Origin: an uncultured Acidimicrobiaceae bacterium
Lineage (GTDB): Bacteria > Actinomycetota > Acidimicrobiia > Acidimicrobiales > RAAP-2
Direction: 5' to 3'
Length of the DNA stretch: 64,000 nt
NCBI GenBank assembly: GCA_963742035.1
Contig: CAVUKH010000008.1
Location: 142,504 to 206,503 of the forward strand
The notes under the pieces were generated by a model. It was not told the DNA's origin, searched no databases, and saw only the letters and a program-made list of their open reading frames with translations. Positions 45,537-54,714 of the stretch are shown here, one piece after another (within the stretch, counting starts at the first letter, position 1; each line of letters opens with the position of its first letter). The translations under genes and the position numbers were made by a program.

Positions 45537-46892
45537 CTACGGCGCCGCGACCTCCTCCCCCACCGGAGCGGCGTCACTGTGACCGAGCTGATGCCGCAGG
45601 CAGGCCTCCAGTGACGGGTGGCGGAAGACGTGCCCCGCCGCGGCCAGCCGGGCCGGGAGGACGCGCTGACTGGCCTGGACCATCTCGCGGGCTCCCTCGG
45701 CACCCAGGAGCACCCGGGGACCGAGGGCCGGGACGGTGAGGAGCGCCGGTCGTCGCATGACACGGGCCAGCGTCGAGGCGTAGTCGCGGTTGGTCACGGG
45801 GATCGGTGCCACCGCGTTGAGCGGTCCGGCGGTCGCGTCGTCCACCAGCGCCCGCCCGAAGACATCGAGCAGGTCGTCGAGGCCGATCCATGACACCCAC
45901 TGGGAGCCGGGGGCCAGTGGGCCCCCGAGACCAGCCGCGAACAGCGGGCGGAGGAGCTTGAGGCTGGCGCCGCGGGCGGACTGCACAATGCCCGTCCGCA
46001 CGTGGACGACACGCAGTCCCGCCGCCGTTGCCGGCTCTGTTGCCGCCTCCCAGGCCTCGACGAGTTCGGCCAGGAAACCCGACCCGCGCCCGCTGTCCTC
46101 GGTCAGCTCCTGGCTTCCACGGTCCGTCCCGTAGAACCCGATGGCCGACGCGCACAGCAGCAGGCGCGGCCCGTCGCGCCGGCCCGCCATCATCCGGGCC
46201 AGTGCGCGTGTGGGTCCGATCCGGCTGTCGCGCACGCGCCGCTTGTGGGCGTCGGTGAACCGGCCGGCGATGGAGGCTCCGGCCAGGTGGACGACCGCAT
46301 CGACGCCCTCGAGCGCCTGCGGGTCGGGGCGCTCGGGCTCCCAGGCTCGCTCCAGCGCATGCCTGGGCGGGCGCCGCACCAGGCGGATGACACGGTGGCC
46401 ACCGGTCGAGAGGTAGGCGCACAGGGCCGATCCGATGAGGCCCGAAGAGCCCGTGACGGCGACCGTCAGGAGGCGTCCGTCCGGTGGCGCGAGACGCTGG
46501 TGCGCGGCCAGATCGCCGGCCAGCTGGTGATGCCGGTAGCGGAAGGTCTGGAGGAGGAACGAGCCCGGAACCGGCGTCTCGACCCGGTCGGTGACCTTGG
46601 TCGTCGCACCGTCGATCGCTGCGAACGAATGTGTGTGGCGCCAGTGCAAGGGCAGTGACACCAGCTCGTCGACGAACCGGTGCGGCGGGTCGTCGTCCGA
46701 ATGCTGTGCCACCCAGGGCAGATGCCCGGGCAACCGAAGGACCGCCCGCCCGTTGACCAGTGAGGATGCCTCCTGGGCCACGGTGATCGGCTGCCAGGGA
46801 GGCAGAAGGCGCACGAGCGCCCCCGGCCGCTCGTGCCAGGCAAAGACCTCGGAGACCGGGGCGTTGATGATGCTCGAGTACTGCAGCCCCAT
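45537..46892 (-). CDS. SRPBCC (START/cyclase-like) domain fused to a TIGR01777/YfcH-type NAD-binding epimerase-like domain
   Basis: 3' part of ORF 45537..47714 from ATG 46892 (MGLQYSSIINAPVSEVFAWHERPGA). Rossmann motif VTGSSGLIGSAL and a C-terminal DUF1731-like end. Confidence 0.8.
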   Translation of the reverse strand: MGLQYSSIINAPVSEVFAWHERPGALVRLLPPWQPITVAQEASSLVNGRAVLRLPGHLPWVAQHSDDDPPHRFVDELVSLPLHWRHTHSFAAIDGATTKVTDRVETPVPGSFLLQTFRYRHHQLAGDLAAHQRLAPPDGRLLTVAVTGSSGLIGSALCAYLSTGGHRVIRLVRRPPRHALERAWEPERPDPQALEGVDAVVHLAGASIAGRFTDAHKRRVRDSRIGPTRALARMMAGRRDGPRLLLCASAIGFYGTDRGSQELTEDSGRGSGFLAELVEAWEAATEPATAAGLRVVHVRTGIVQSARGASLKLLRPLFAAGLGGPLAPGSQWVSWIGLDDLLDVFGRALVDDATAGPLNAVAPIPVTNRDYASTLARVMRRPALLTVPALGPRVLLGAEGAREMVQASQRVLPARLAAAGHVFRHPSLEACLRHQLGHSDAAPVGEEVAAP

Positions 46893-46968
46893 GTTCTGCT
46901 CCCGTCTTGGCGCCACGCTGCCTGCCGTCTGTTGCAGGATATGGCCGAGCCGAGCGAAGGGGCCCACC

Positions 46969-47787
46969 GTGGACACAGTGCAGATCGACCAGCCCCACGA
47001 GGGCGTGACCCGGATCACCCTCGACCGCCCGGAGCGGTTGAATGCCATGAACGCCACGCTCATCGGCGAGCTCCACGACGCGCTGACGGAGGTTGCGGTC
47101 GACCCCACGTGCCGGGCGGTCATCCTGACCGGGGCGGGCCGGGGCTTCTGCGCCGGGCTGGACCTCGCAGGATACGGCACCGCGCCAAGGTCCGACGGCC
47201 TCGACCGCGTGGGAGCCACCTTCGCCACGCAGACGCACATCGCGGCGCTCGTGCCCCGGTTGCGTTCGCTGCCCCAGCCCGTGATCGCCGCCGTGAACGG
47301 TCCGGCGGCAGGCGGCGGCCTCGCCCTGGCCCTGGCCAGCGACGTCCGCGTCGCCGGCGCATCGGCACGGTTCAACGTCGCCTTCGTGCGCCTTGGGCTC
47401 TCGGGTTGCGACATCGGGGTGAGCTGGCTGCTCCCGCGGCTGATCGGCGCGTCGCGGGCCTGGGAGCTGATGCTGACCGGGCGCATCATCGACGCGGGGG
47501 AAGCGGATCGGATCGGCCTCGTCCTGCAGGTGGTGCCCGATGAGGAGTTGCAGCGCGCCGCCCTCGACACCGCCGCGCTCATCGCGGCCAACGCGCCGTG
47601 GGGCGTCCGGATGACCAAGGAGGTCATGTGGTCCCAGCTCGAGGTCGGCTCCCTGCAGGCGGGCATCGACCTCGAGAACCGGACACAGGTCCTCTCGTCC
47701 ATGACGAACGACATGCAGGAGGCCGTGGCCGCTTTCTTGCAGAAGCGTCCACCCCGCTACGGGAGTTCGTCGGACCCCGCGCCGTAG
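46969..47787 (+). CDS. enoyl-CoA hydratase/isomerase (crotonase) family protein
   Basis: From GTG 46969: ITLDRPERLNAMN...VILTGAGRGFCAGLDL...IAAVNGPAAGGG. Confidence 0.85.
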   Translation: MDTVQIDQPHEGVTRITLDRPERLNAMNATLIGELHDALTEVAVDPTCRAVILTGAGRGFCAGLDLAGYGTAPRSDGLDRVGATFATQTHIAALVPRLRSLPQPVIAAVNGPAAGGGLALALASDVRVAGASARFNVAFVRLGLSGCDIGVSWLLPRLIGASRAWELMLTGRIIDAGEADRIGLVLQVVPDEELQRAALDTAALIAANAPWGVRMTKEVMWSQLEVGSLQAGIDLENRTQVLSSMTNDMQEAVAAFLQKRPPRYGSSSDPAP

Positions 47788-47845
47788 GTCCCGTGTGGTG
47801 CCTGTCGCCGTGACGGCGGCACACATCACTACGTTGTGTCGTCTG

Positions 47846-49322
47846 ATGCACCACCGCTCCGACCCGACTCGCGTGCCGAGACGGACGCGTCGGTGCCTGT
47901 CGGTCGCCGGCCTGGCCCTCGCGCTCGTGTTGGCCGGCTGTTCGGCTGCCGGGCGCACGAGCACCGACCTCGCCGATCCCGCACAGTCCGTCTCACCGGT
48001 CCCCGACTACCCGGACACCTGTGCCCCCGTGGGCGTCGACACGACGAGCCCGTGTCTTCGTCTCACGCTGGCGGCGATTGACGCGGCCAGAGCCGGGGAG
48101 GGCCTGGGCCCCATGGTGCTGCCTGCCGACTTCCCGCAGCTGACCGTTCCCGAACAGCTCTTCGTCGCCGTCGACCGCGAGCGGGTGGACCGGGGCCTGG
48201 CCCCCGTTCACCGCTCTCACGACCGCCCTCGACGCCGGCGCGCAGAAGGGGGCCGCCGGGGCGCGCCTCCCGCCGCGACCCGGGCCGGCCTATGGCGCGG
48301 TGACGACCGAGTGGATCGGCGATGTCGACAACGGGCTCGATGCCGACTTCCAGTGGATGTACAACGACGGTCCGGACAGCGGCGTACCGGGCTGCTCAGG
48401 CGGCAGGACGTCGGGTTGTTGGGTGGACCGCGGCATCGTCCTCACCCGGTTCGGATCCCCGCACCTCGTGATGGGGGCCGCCTACGACCCCAGCGGCGAC
48501 ACAGCGAGTGAAGACCGCGGCGGGTCCTCCCTGGCCGCAACACTGGCCACCGCCGCCCACGGCGGCGCCGACGCGTACAGCTGGAAGCAGGCGCTGACGG
48601 CCATGTCCGCCGGGCGGCTGCGGCCCCTGCGGTCGGTTCCGTCCTCGGAGTCGAACACCGGGATCAGCGACCCGAGCCACAACGTGACGCCGGTCCCCGA
48701 CTACACCAGCATCTGCCTCGGTGGCGGGGTCGACGATTCCCCGGCCTGTGTCGGGGCGGTGCTGCGGGCCATCAACCACGCCCATGCCCTGGAGGGGATC
48801 CGCCCCATGGTGCTGCCCACCGGGTTTGCCCAGTTGGGCATTCCCGAACAGCTCTTCGTGGCCGTCAACCTCGAGCGCGTGGACCGCGGGCTCCCGGCCT
48901 TCGCCGGTTTGACGTCGGCGCTCGACCGCAACGCGCAGGACGGGGCGGACGACGCCAACGACCCACCCGACCCGGGTCAGGCCTATGACCTCGACGACGC
49001 CGAATGGGCGGGCGGCTCGTCCAACGGCCTCGATGCCGTGTACGGGTGGATGTACGACGACGGGTTCGACAGCGGCAACCTCGACTGTCTGCGCCGTGGG
49101 GCCGCCGGCTGCTGGGGCCACCGCAAGGGCATCCTCGACGACTTCGGGTCAGGCCCCAACCTGGTGATGGGTGCCGCCATCGCCACGACAAGCGACACGC
49201 ACAGCGGCGACAAAGGCGGCACGTCCATGGCGGTCACGCTCGCCGTCGCCGGCGAGCCGGCACAGGCCTTCGCCTACAGCTGGACGGAGGTGACTGCGTT
49301 GCTCCCGCCCGGAGCGACCTGA
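47846..49322 (+). pseudogene. lipoprotein with two tandem CAP/SCP-like domains, interrupted by a 1-nt frameshift (or sequence error) at C5 run 48201-48205
   Basis: ORFs 47795..48511 and 48300..49322 are one gene. Lipobox LVLAGC. Domain 1 (VSPVPDYPDTC...EQLFVAVDRERVDRGLAP) switches frame exactly where domain 2 continues FAGLTSALD. The +1 frame reads PFTALTTALDAGAQ..., colinear with domain 2. CWGHRKGIL is CAP-like. Confidence 0.7.
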
Positions 49323-49343
49323 GGCGAACCTAGGGTGGGCGCG

Positions 49344-49688
49344 ATGGCGCCGCAGATCTACGTCAATCCGTCGTGCTCGAAATGCCGAACCGCCCTGTCA
49401 CTCCTACAGGAGCACGAGGTGGCGGCCGAGACGATCCGCTACCTCGACGAACCTCCGACCCTGGCGGACCTCATGGTGCTCATGCAGCGTCTCGGCATTG
49501 ACGATCCCCGCATGATGATGCGGACGGGAGAGCCCGTCTACGCCGAGTTGGCGCTCGCCGATCGGGACGGCGATGCCCTCTTGGAGGCCATCACGCGGCA
49601 CCCGATCCTGCTGGAGCGGCCGATCTTCGTCGTCGGCGACCGGGCGATCATGGCGCGCCCGCCGGAGCGGGTTCTCGAGCTCCTCTGA
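49344..49688 (+). CDS. ArsC/Spx/YffB-family (glutaredoxin-fold) protein
   Basis: MAPQIYVNPSCSKCRTALSLL... and LLERPIFV, typical of the ArsC_like family. Confidence 0.8.
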   Translation: MAPQIYVNPSCSKCRTALSLLQEHEVAAETIRYLDEPPTLADLMVLMQRLGIDDPRMMMRTGEPVYAELALADRDGDALLEAITRHPILLERPIFVVGDRAIMARPPERVLELL

Positions 49689-49721
49689 CATCCACGGTGC
49701 TGTCGTGACGGCCCTCGTAGG

Positions 49722-50219
49722 GTGTGCGCGCACCCGGCCTACGAAACGAGGACGACAGTGACGACTTCTCTGGTGTTCTACGGGATCCTCGGCATTGCGA
49801 GCACGGTGGCCGCGTTCGCCGCCAACCGGCGACTCTTCTCGGGTGATCGGGCGGGTTCCGTCTCGCTCCTCGAAGGGATCTACTATGCGGTCGGCGTGTG
49901 CTCCCTGCTTCTCGGGTGGTACTTCAACGTGCGCTACGTGCACCTCTACGGTCACCGGGCCAGCTACGTCAATTACACGAAGATGCTCTTCTCGAACTGG
50001 GCGGCGGACTCGGCGGCCCAGGACTACACGATCGTGAACCTGGTCCTCCTGCCGCTCTGGACCATCTCCGAAGGCCGACGGCGCGGGCTGCAGTGGGCCT
50101 GGATCTTCTTCGTGATGAGCCTGTTCACCAGCCTCGCTTTCTCCGTGGCGCTCTTCCTGGCCTTCATGGAGCGCCAGCTGCGCTACAACCGCTCGCTCGC
50201 TCCGTCGAGCACGGCGTAG
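49722..50219 (+). CDS. hypothetical 4-TM membrane protein
   Basis: Four hydrophobic segments. The start is uncertain: GTG near 49758 is possible. The 3' end overlaps the convergent gene by 37 nt. Confidence 0.5.
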   Translation: MCAHPAYETRTTVTTSLVFYGILGIASTVAAFAANRRLFSGDRAGSVSLLEGIYYAVGVCSLLLGWYFNVRYVHLYGHRASYVNYTKMLFSNWAADSAAQDYTIVNLVLLPLWTISEGRRRGLQWAWIFFVMSLFTSLAFSVALFLAFMERQLRYNRSLAPSSTA

Positions 50220-51744
50220 CCGCAGTTGTAGCCCGGAATGAACGTCACACCGGGACCGCCGTGGCACCCGGCTCCGCAGAGGTAGAGGCCCTCGACCGGC
50301 ACCGGCGCATCGGGCCACCCCGTCGGGCCAGGCCGGAACGGGCCCATGTATTCCGGCTGGAGCAGCCCGTGGGTGAAGTCCCCGCCGGCACAGCCGAACA
50401 TCAACTCGTACGTGTAGGCCGGGTAGTTGAGCTGGCGCTCAATGAGGTCGGGGAAGTTCGGGGCGGCCGCGGCGATCTTGGCGACCATCCGCTCGGCCAT
50501 CTCGTCGCGCAGCCGACCCTGCGTCGGGCGGTCGCCGATCGGGAGGTAGAACGCGAAGCTGCTGGCGGCGTGCATCCCGGCGGGCGCAAGGGACGGGTCG
50601 TCGAGCGACGGGATCTGCAGGTTGAAGCTCGGGGACGGGGGGACCTCCCCCCGCACACAGCCTTCGAAGTCCTGCTGCATCCGCTCCGCCGTGCCGAAGA
50701 ACGTGACGTTGCGACCGAGCTTGGTGTCGTTCAGGGCCTCGTAGGGGGCGCGGTACTCGGGCAAGCCGTTCAGGGCGAAATGTGCCTGGAAGTAGGCCGC
50801 CCGGTGATCGATGGCCCCGACGCGACGGACAAAGCCATCGGGAAGGCTGTCGGCGTCGAGCAGGTGCGTGAAGGTCGTCGTCGGGTCGAGGTTGGAGACC
50901 ACGACGGGCGCCGTGGCCACCTCTCCCTCGCCCAATTCGACCCCGGTCACCGCGCCGCCCTCCACGACGATCCGGGACACCTTGGCGTGGCGCCGCAGCT
51001 CTCCGCCGTGCTGCTCGAACATGCGGGCCAGGTGATCGGCCATGGTTCCCAGGCCGCCGCGGACCTTCGACATGGTCGCCGTTCCCGGCGAGGCCAGGGC
51101 GAAAGCGAGGCAGAGTGCGCTCCCGGGCGAGTAGGGGCCCCGATAGGTCGAGTTGACGGCGAGGAAGGCCAGCATGCTGCGCACCGGCGCGTGTTTGGAC
51201 CGATCGGGGAGAAAGCGGTCGACGACATCCATCACACTGCCGAACATCGCCGTCCGGATGGCCTCCCGCTCGGTTTCGTTGGCGGCGCACGCCCACATTT
51301 CGTCGAGTGACTTCGGCGGGGTACGCACGTCGAAGCGGCCGATGGCACGCGCCGGGGCCTCAGCCCACGCCGCCACCTCGGCCATCCCGAGCACGGCCTC
51401 GATCCCGATCGTCTCCCCGAGATGCTCCAACAGTCGTTCCGGATCCGAATAGAGCAGAATCGGCGGCTGGCCGTCCTCGCTGATGCTGGCGGACTGCACC
51501 TCCGGTTCGTAGATCGGGCAGGCAGCCAGGTCGAGATCCTCGAAGATCTGGTTCGGCACCGGGAACTGAATGGAGCCGGCCAGCTCGAAACGGTAGCCAC
51601 GGATGAGCTCCGTGGTCGACGCCATTCCGCCGATGAAGTGGTTCTTCTCCAGGCACAGGACCCGCAGTCCCCCCGCGCCATGACCGTGGCCGCGGTCAGG
51701 CCGTTGTGACCCGCTCCGATCACAATGGCGTCGTAGTCACTCAT
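50183..51744 (-). pseudogene. FAD-dependent oxidoreductase of the phytoene desaturase (CrtI-like) family, 1-nt frameshift (or sequence error) in the homopolymer at 51669-51674
   Basis: ORF 51232..51792 supplies MSDYDAIVIGAGHNGLTAATVMARG (dinucleotide-binding motif). ORF 50183..51625 supplies the remainder, ending GLYLCGAGCHGGPGV. With G7 instead of G6 the junction reads ARGGLRVLCLEKNHFIGGMASTTEL. Confidence 0.75.
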
Positions 51745-51843
51745 GGCGGGGACTGTAGTGATCCCTGGTCCGGGGTGCCTCGCCGACGCCATGATTAGAG
51801 ACGTCGCTCTTTGGCAATGCTCCTTTCAGACAAAGGAGGGACC

Positions 51844-52074
51844 ATGAGCGAAGGATCGAGCACCGGGTCGGGCGGCCCGGACACGGAGGTGACGGCGGCC
51901 ACGAAGGTCGAGGAGATTCTCGAGACCGCCGCCGCCCACACGGCGGACCGGCCGCCGACGCCCGAGGAGGAAGCCGCGGCCGAGAGCAATGCCCTCGACC
52001 CGGAGGTCGCCGAACACGAACGGGAGATGGGGAAGATCGGCGCCGAGGTGAAGGGGGAGGGCGCGATCGACTAA
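51844..52074 (+). CDS. small acidic hypothetical protein (76 aa)
   Basis: ATG 51844 has AAAGGAGGG upstream, and third codon positions are GC-rich. No family recognised. Confidence 0.5.
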   Translation: MSEGSSTGSGGPDTEVTAATKVEEILETAAAHTADRPPTPEEEAAAESNALDPEVAEHEREMGKIGAEVKGEGAID

Positions 52075-53417
52075 CCGTCGGCCGCCCGAGGTGCTCGGGC
52101 CTCAACCCGCTCCCCTGCCGTCACGTCTCCCCCTTCTCGTGCCCCGTCGGTCACCACCCGGTCGGCGTCGAAGCGTTCCGCGCAACGGTCCGAGCAGAAG
52201 GAGTGCTGCTCGTCGCCGTACCGGCGCCGCGCCGGCGCGTGCGCCTGCTCCACCTGCATGCCGCACACGGGATCTCGCGCGTAGCGGTCCCCCGCACCGA
52301 GCCGATCCCGATTGCGCGAGAGCCAGTAGAGGACACCGAAGAGCACGAGGAAGATCAGGTTCAGGTAGGTGGTGTAGTTCCAGGAGAAGCGCGCCGGTGC
52401 GATAGTGGTCGGACGCATGGTCGGCACCAGTCCGGCCGCGCGGAAGAGCAGCTCCGTGAGCAGCCCGGCCGTGGACATCAGGGCCCAGAAGACCGCGAGC
52501 ATCCGGAGCATCAGGCGCGTCCCGTAGTAGCGGCGGTAGATCAGGAGGAGCGGGAACGCGATCAGGTCCGCGAAGATGAAGGCGATCACGCCGCCGAAGG
52601 AGATCCCCCCGCTCCACAACGCCGCGGCCAGAGGCACGTTGCCGATGGAGCAGACGAAGCTGATGATGGCGATGAAGGGGCCGACGACGGCGTTCTCGAC
52701 ACTGGTCCAGAACCCGTGGCCCGTGATGAAGACCGCCTGCCACACCGACGTCGGCACCAAGACGGCCAGGAAACCCGCCACCGTGTACCCGATCACCAGC
52801 TCCCGCCGCAGCATGGTGAGGTCCGACATGGTGTAGCCGGCGCTGTCGGCCCAGCCGGCGAGCGACCGCACACGGACGGTGCCGGGCGACGGTGCACTCT
52901 CCTCGCTCGCCGCAGCGCCGTGGCGGTGCTCGGGCATGTCCTCCGCCGCCCGCAGGCGCTCCCGGGCCTGCACCACGAGTCGCCCGCGCAGCCAGAGCGC
53001 CCCCAACGTGGCGAGGAGCACGATCATGATGATGCCGCCCACGAATTCGCTGACGGCGAACTGCCATCCCATCAGCACAATCAGCACGATCCCCAGCTCA
53101 ATGACGAGGTTGGTCGAGGCGAACATGAAGACCATGGCGGCGACGTAGTCGGCGCCCTTCACGAACAGCGACTTGGCCATGGCCGACGCCGCGTAGGAGC
53201 ACGAAGAGGACACCATCCCGTAGCCGGAGGCCCGCAGGACGGATCGGGCCCGGTGGTCGCCGAGACGCTCCCGCATGGCGTCGCGGCTCACGAACGCCTG
53301 CACCGCACCGGCCAGACCGAACCCGAGCACCAAGGGCCAGAGGGTCTCCCAGAACATGAAGAAGGCCTCGCGCAGCGATCGCCCGATGTCCACCAGCACG
53401 GTGGCGGTGGCCGGCAT
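52071..53417 (-). CDS. predicted permease (ArsP/DUF318-type) with C-terminal YHS metal-binding domain
   Basis: Polytopic protein with SSCSYAASAMAKSL and CSIGNVPLAAALW motifs. The C-terminus DPVCGMQVEQ...HSFCSDRCAERF is YHS/TRASH-like. It lies 5 nt downstream of csoR. Confidence 0.8.
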   Translation of the reverse strand: MPATATVLVDIGRSLREAFFMFWETLWPLVLGFGLAGAVQAFVSRDAMRERLGDHRARSVLRASGYGMVSSSCSYAASAMAKSLFVKGADYVAAMVFMFASTNLVIELGIVLIVLMGWQFAVSEFVGGIIMIVLLATLGALWLRGRLVVQARERLRAAEDMPEHRHGAAASEESAPSPGTVRVRSLAGWADSAGYTMSDLTMLRRELVIGYTVAGFLAVLVPTSVWQAVFITGHGFWTSVENAVVGPFIAIISFVCSIGNVPLAAALWSGGISFGGVIAFIFADLIAFPLLLIYRRYYGTRLMLRMLAVFWALMSTAGLLTELLFRAAGLVPTMRPTTIAPARFSWNYTTYLNLIFLVLFGVLYWLSRNRDRLGAGDRYARDPVCGMQVEQAHAPARRRYGDEQHSFCSDRCAERFDADRVVTDGAREGGDVTAGERVEARAPRAADG

Positions 53418-53422
53418 AGGGA

Positions 53423-53707
53423 TCAGGAGCGAACGAGTCGCGCGATGGCCGCGGAGGCCTCGCTGAGCTTCTCCGTGGCCTCGCCGCCTCCCTGGCGCAC
53501 GGCGTCCGACACGCAGTGTGCGAGATGGTCGTCGAGAAGCTCGAGGGCCACGGCCTGCAGGGCCTTGGTCGCGGCCGACACCTGCTCCAGGATGTCGATG
53601 CAGTAGCGGTCCTCGTCCACCATGCGCTGAATGCCCCTGACCTGGCCCTCCACCCTGCGCAACCGCTTCTGCACGGCGTCCTTGCTGTCGATGTAGCCGG
53701 GTCGCAT
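53423..53707 (-). CDS. csoR: CsoR-family copper-sensing transcriptional repressor
   Basis: KRLRRVEGQVRGIQRMVDEDRYCIDIL...HLAHC. This is the C-H-C Cu(I) ligand pattern of CsoR. Confidence 0.9.
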   Translation of the reverse strand: MRPGYIDSKDAVQKRLRRVEGQVRGIQRMVDEDRYCIDILEQVSAATKALQAVALELLDDHLAHCVSDAVRQGGGEATEKLSEASAAIARLVRS

Positions 53708-53722
53708 GGTCCTCCGATCGCC

Positions 53723-53746
53723 ATACCCTATACCCCCATAGGGTAT
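53723..53746. promoter_or_regulatory. CsoR-type operator (AT-rich inverted repeat around a C/G tract)
   Basis: ATACCCTAT-ACCCCC-ATAGGGTAT, with perfect 9-bp arms. It begins 16 nt upstream of the csoR start codon. Confidence 0.7.
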
Positions 53747-53785
53747 CAGCGCGAAGCGCCCGTGGTCACGCGGGACGGCGATGGA

Positions 53786-54694
53786 TCAGCCCATGGCCTC
53801 GGCCACCCGGCGCATGCCCTCGCGCCACGGCACCTCGGTGCGCCCGAGCACCTCGTGCATGCGGGTCACGTCGGGCCAGATCGGCCAGGGGGCATCGGGG
53901 TCGTAGCGGATCAACGCCGGACGGCCCACCAGTTCGCCGAGGTACGCGCAGTATTCCTCGGCACTTACCGTCTCGCTCCCGGCGAAGTTCACGACGACCG
54001 GGTCGGGCGAGGCCACCTGCAGTGCACGCTCGGCGAGGCGCACGTAGTCGTCCTCGTAGATCGGGTTGTAGTGGTTGGGCGCGTCCGGATGCAGGACGAC
54101 CTCGTCCCCGCGGAGGATCCGCCGCAGTCGGTTCACCGGCGTGCCGCCCTCGGGCCCGTAGGTCGAGAAGATGCGGATGATGGTGAGCGGGCTGCCCGCT
54201 TGCCCTGCGGCGAAGCGCACCACGGCCTCCCCCGCGATCTTGGAGAGGCTGTAGGCCCCGAGGTGGACCCCCGGCGGGTCGTCCTCGCACAAGGGCCGCT
54301 GCCCCCGGTACGCGTAGGCCGAGCCGGTCGAGCAGTACACGAAGGCGGCGCCGGCGCAGGCGGCCACCAGACGGCCCGACGCGTCGGCGTTCGTGGCGAA
54401 GACCTGCTGCCAGTCCGCATCCTGTGCCTCGCGCCCCAGTCGCGCTGCCGCGTGGAACACGTGGGTGATCCCGTCGGGAAGCCCGCGCAGGTCCATCGCC
54501 GCCACGTCGGCCGTTATCGGCTGCACGCCGGCGGCCTCCAGCCGGGCCCGGTCGCCGTCACGACGGCAACGCGCCAACCCGAACACCTCGTGGCGGGAGG
54601 CCAGGGCCCGCGCCACCGGGAAACCGACCCGCCCCGTCGCCCCGGTGACGAGTACCCGCCAGCGCGGCGGGCCAGAGGTCGGAGCGGGAGGCAT
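53786..54694 (-). CDS. NAD-dependent epimerase/dehydratase family protein
   Basis: 3' part of ORF 53786..55450 from ATG 54694. VLVTGATGRVG, and YSLSK (YxxxK). Confidence 0.8.
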   Translation of the reverse strand: MPPAPTSGPPRWRVLVTGATGRVGFPVARALASRHEVFGLARCRRDGDRARLEAAGVQPITADVAAMDLRGLPDGITHVFHAAARLGREAQDADWQQVFATNADASGRLVAACAGAAFVYCSTGSAYAYRGQRPLCEDDPPGVHLGAYSLSKIAGEAVVRFAAGQAGSPLTIIRIFSTYGPEGGTPVNRLRRILRGDEVVLHPDAPNHYNPIYEDDYVRLAERALQVASPDPVVVNFAGSETVSAEEYCAYLGELVGRPALIRYDPDAPWPIWPDVTRMHEVLGRTEVPWREGMRRVAEAMG

Positions 54695-54714
54695 GCCACA
54701 CCGTACGGCAGGCG

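Noticed and set aside
48201-48205. Programmed ribosomal frameshifting at the three frameshift sites (also 51669-51674 and 61479-61487).
   Set aside because: I saw no slippery heptamer plus downstream stimulatory structure. The required shifts differ in direction. These gene families are not known to use recoding. Simple indels are more parsimonious.
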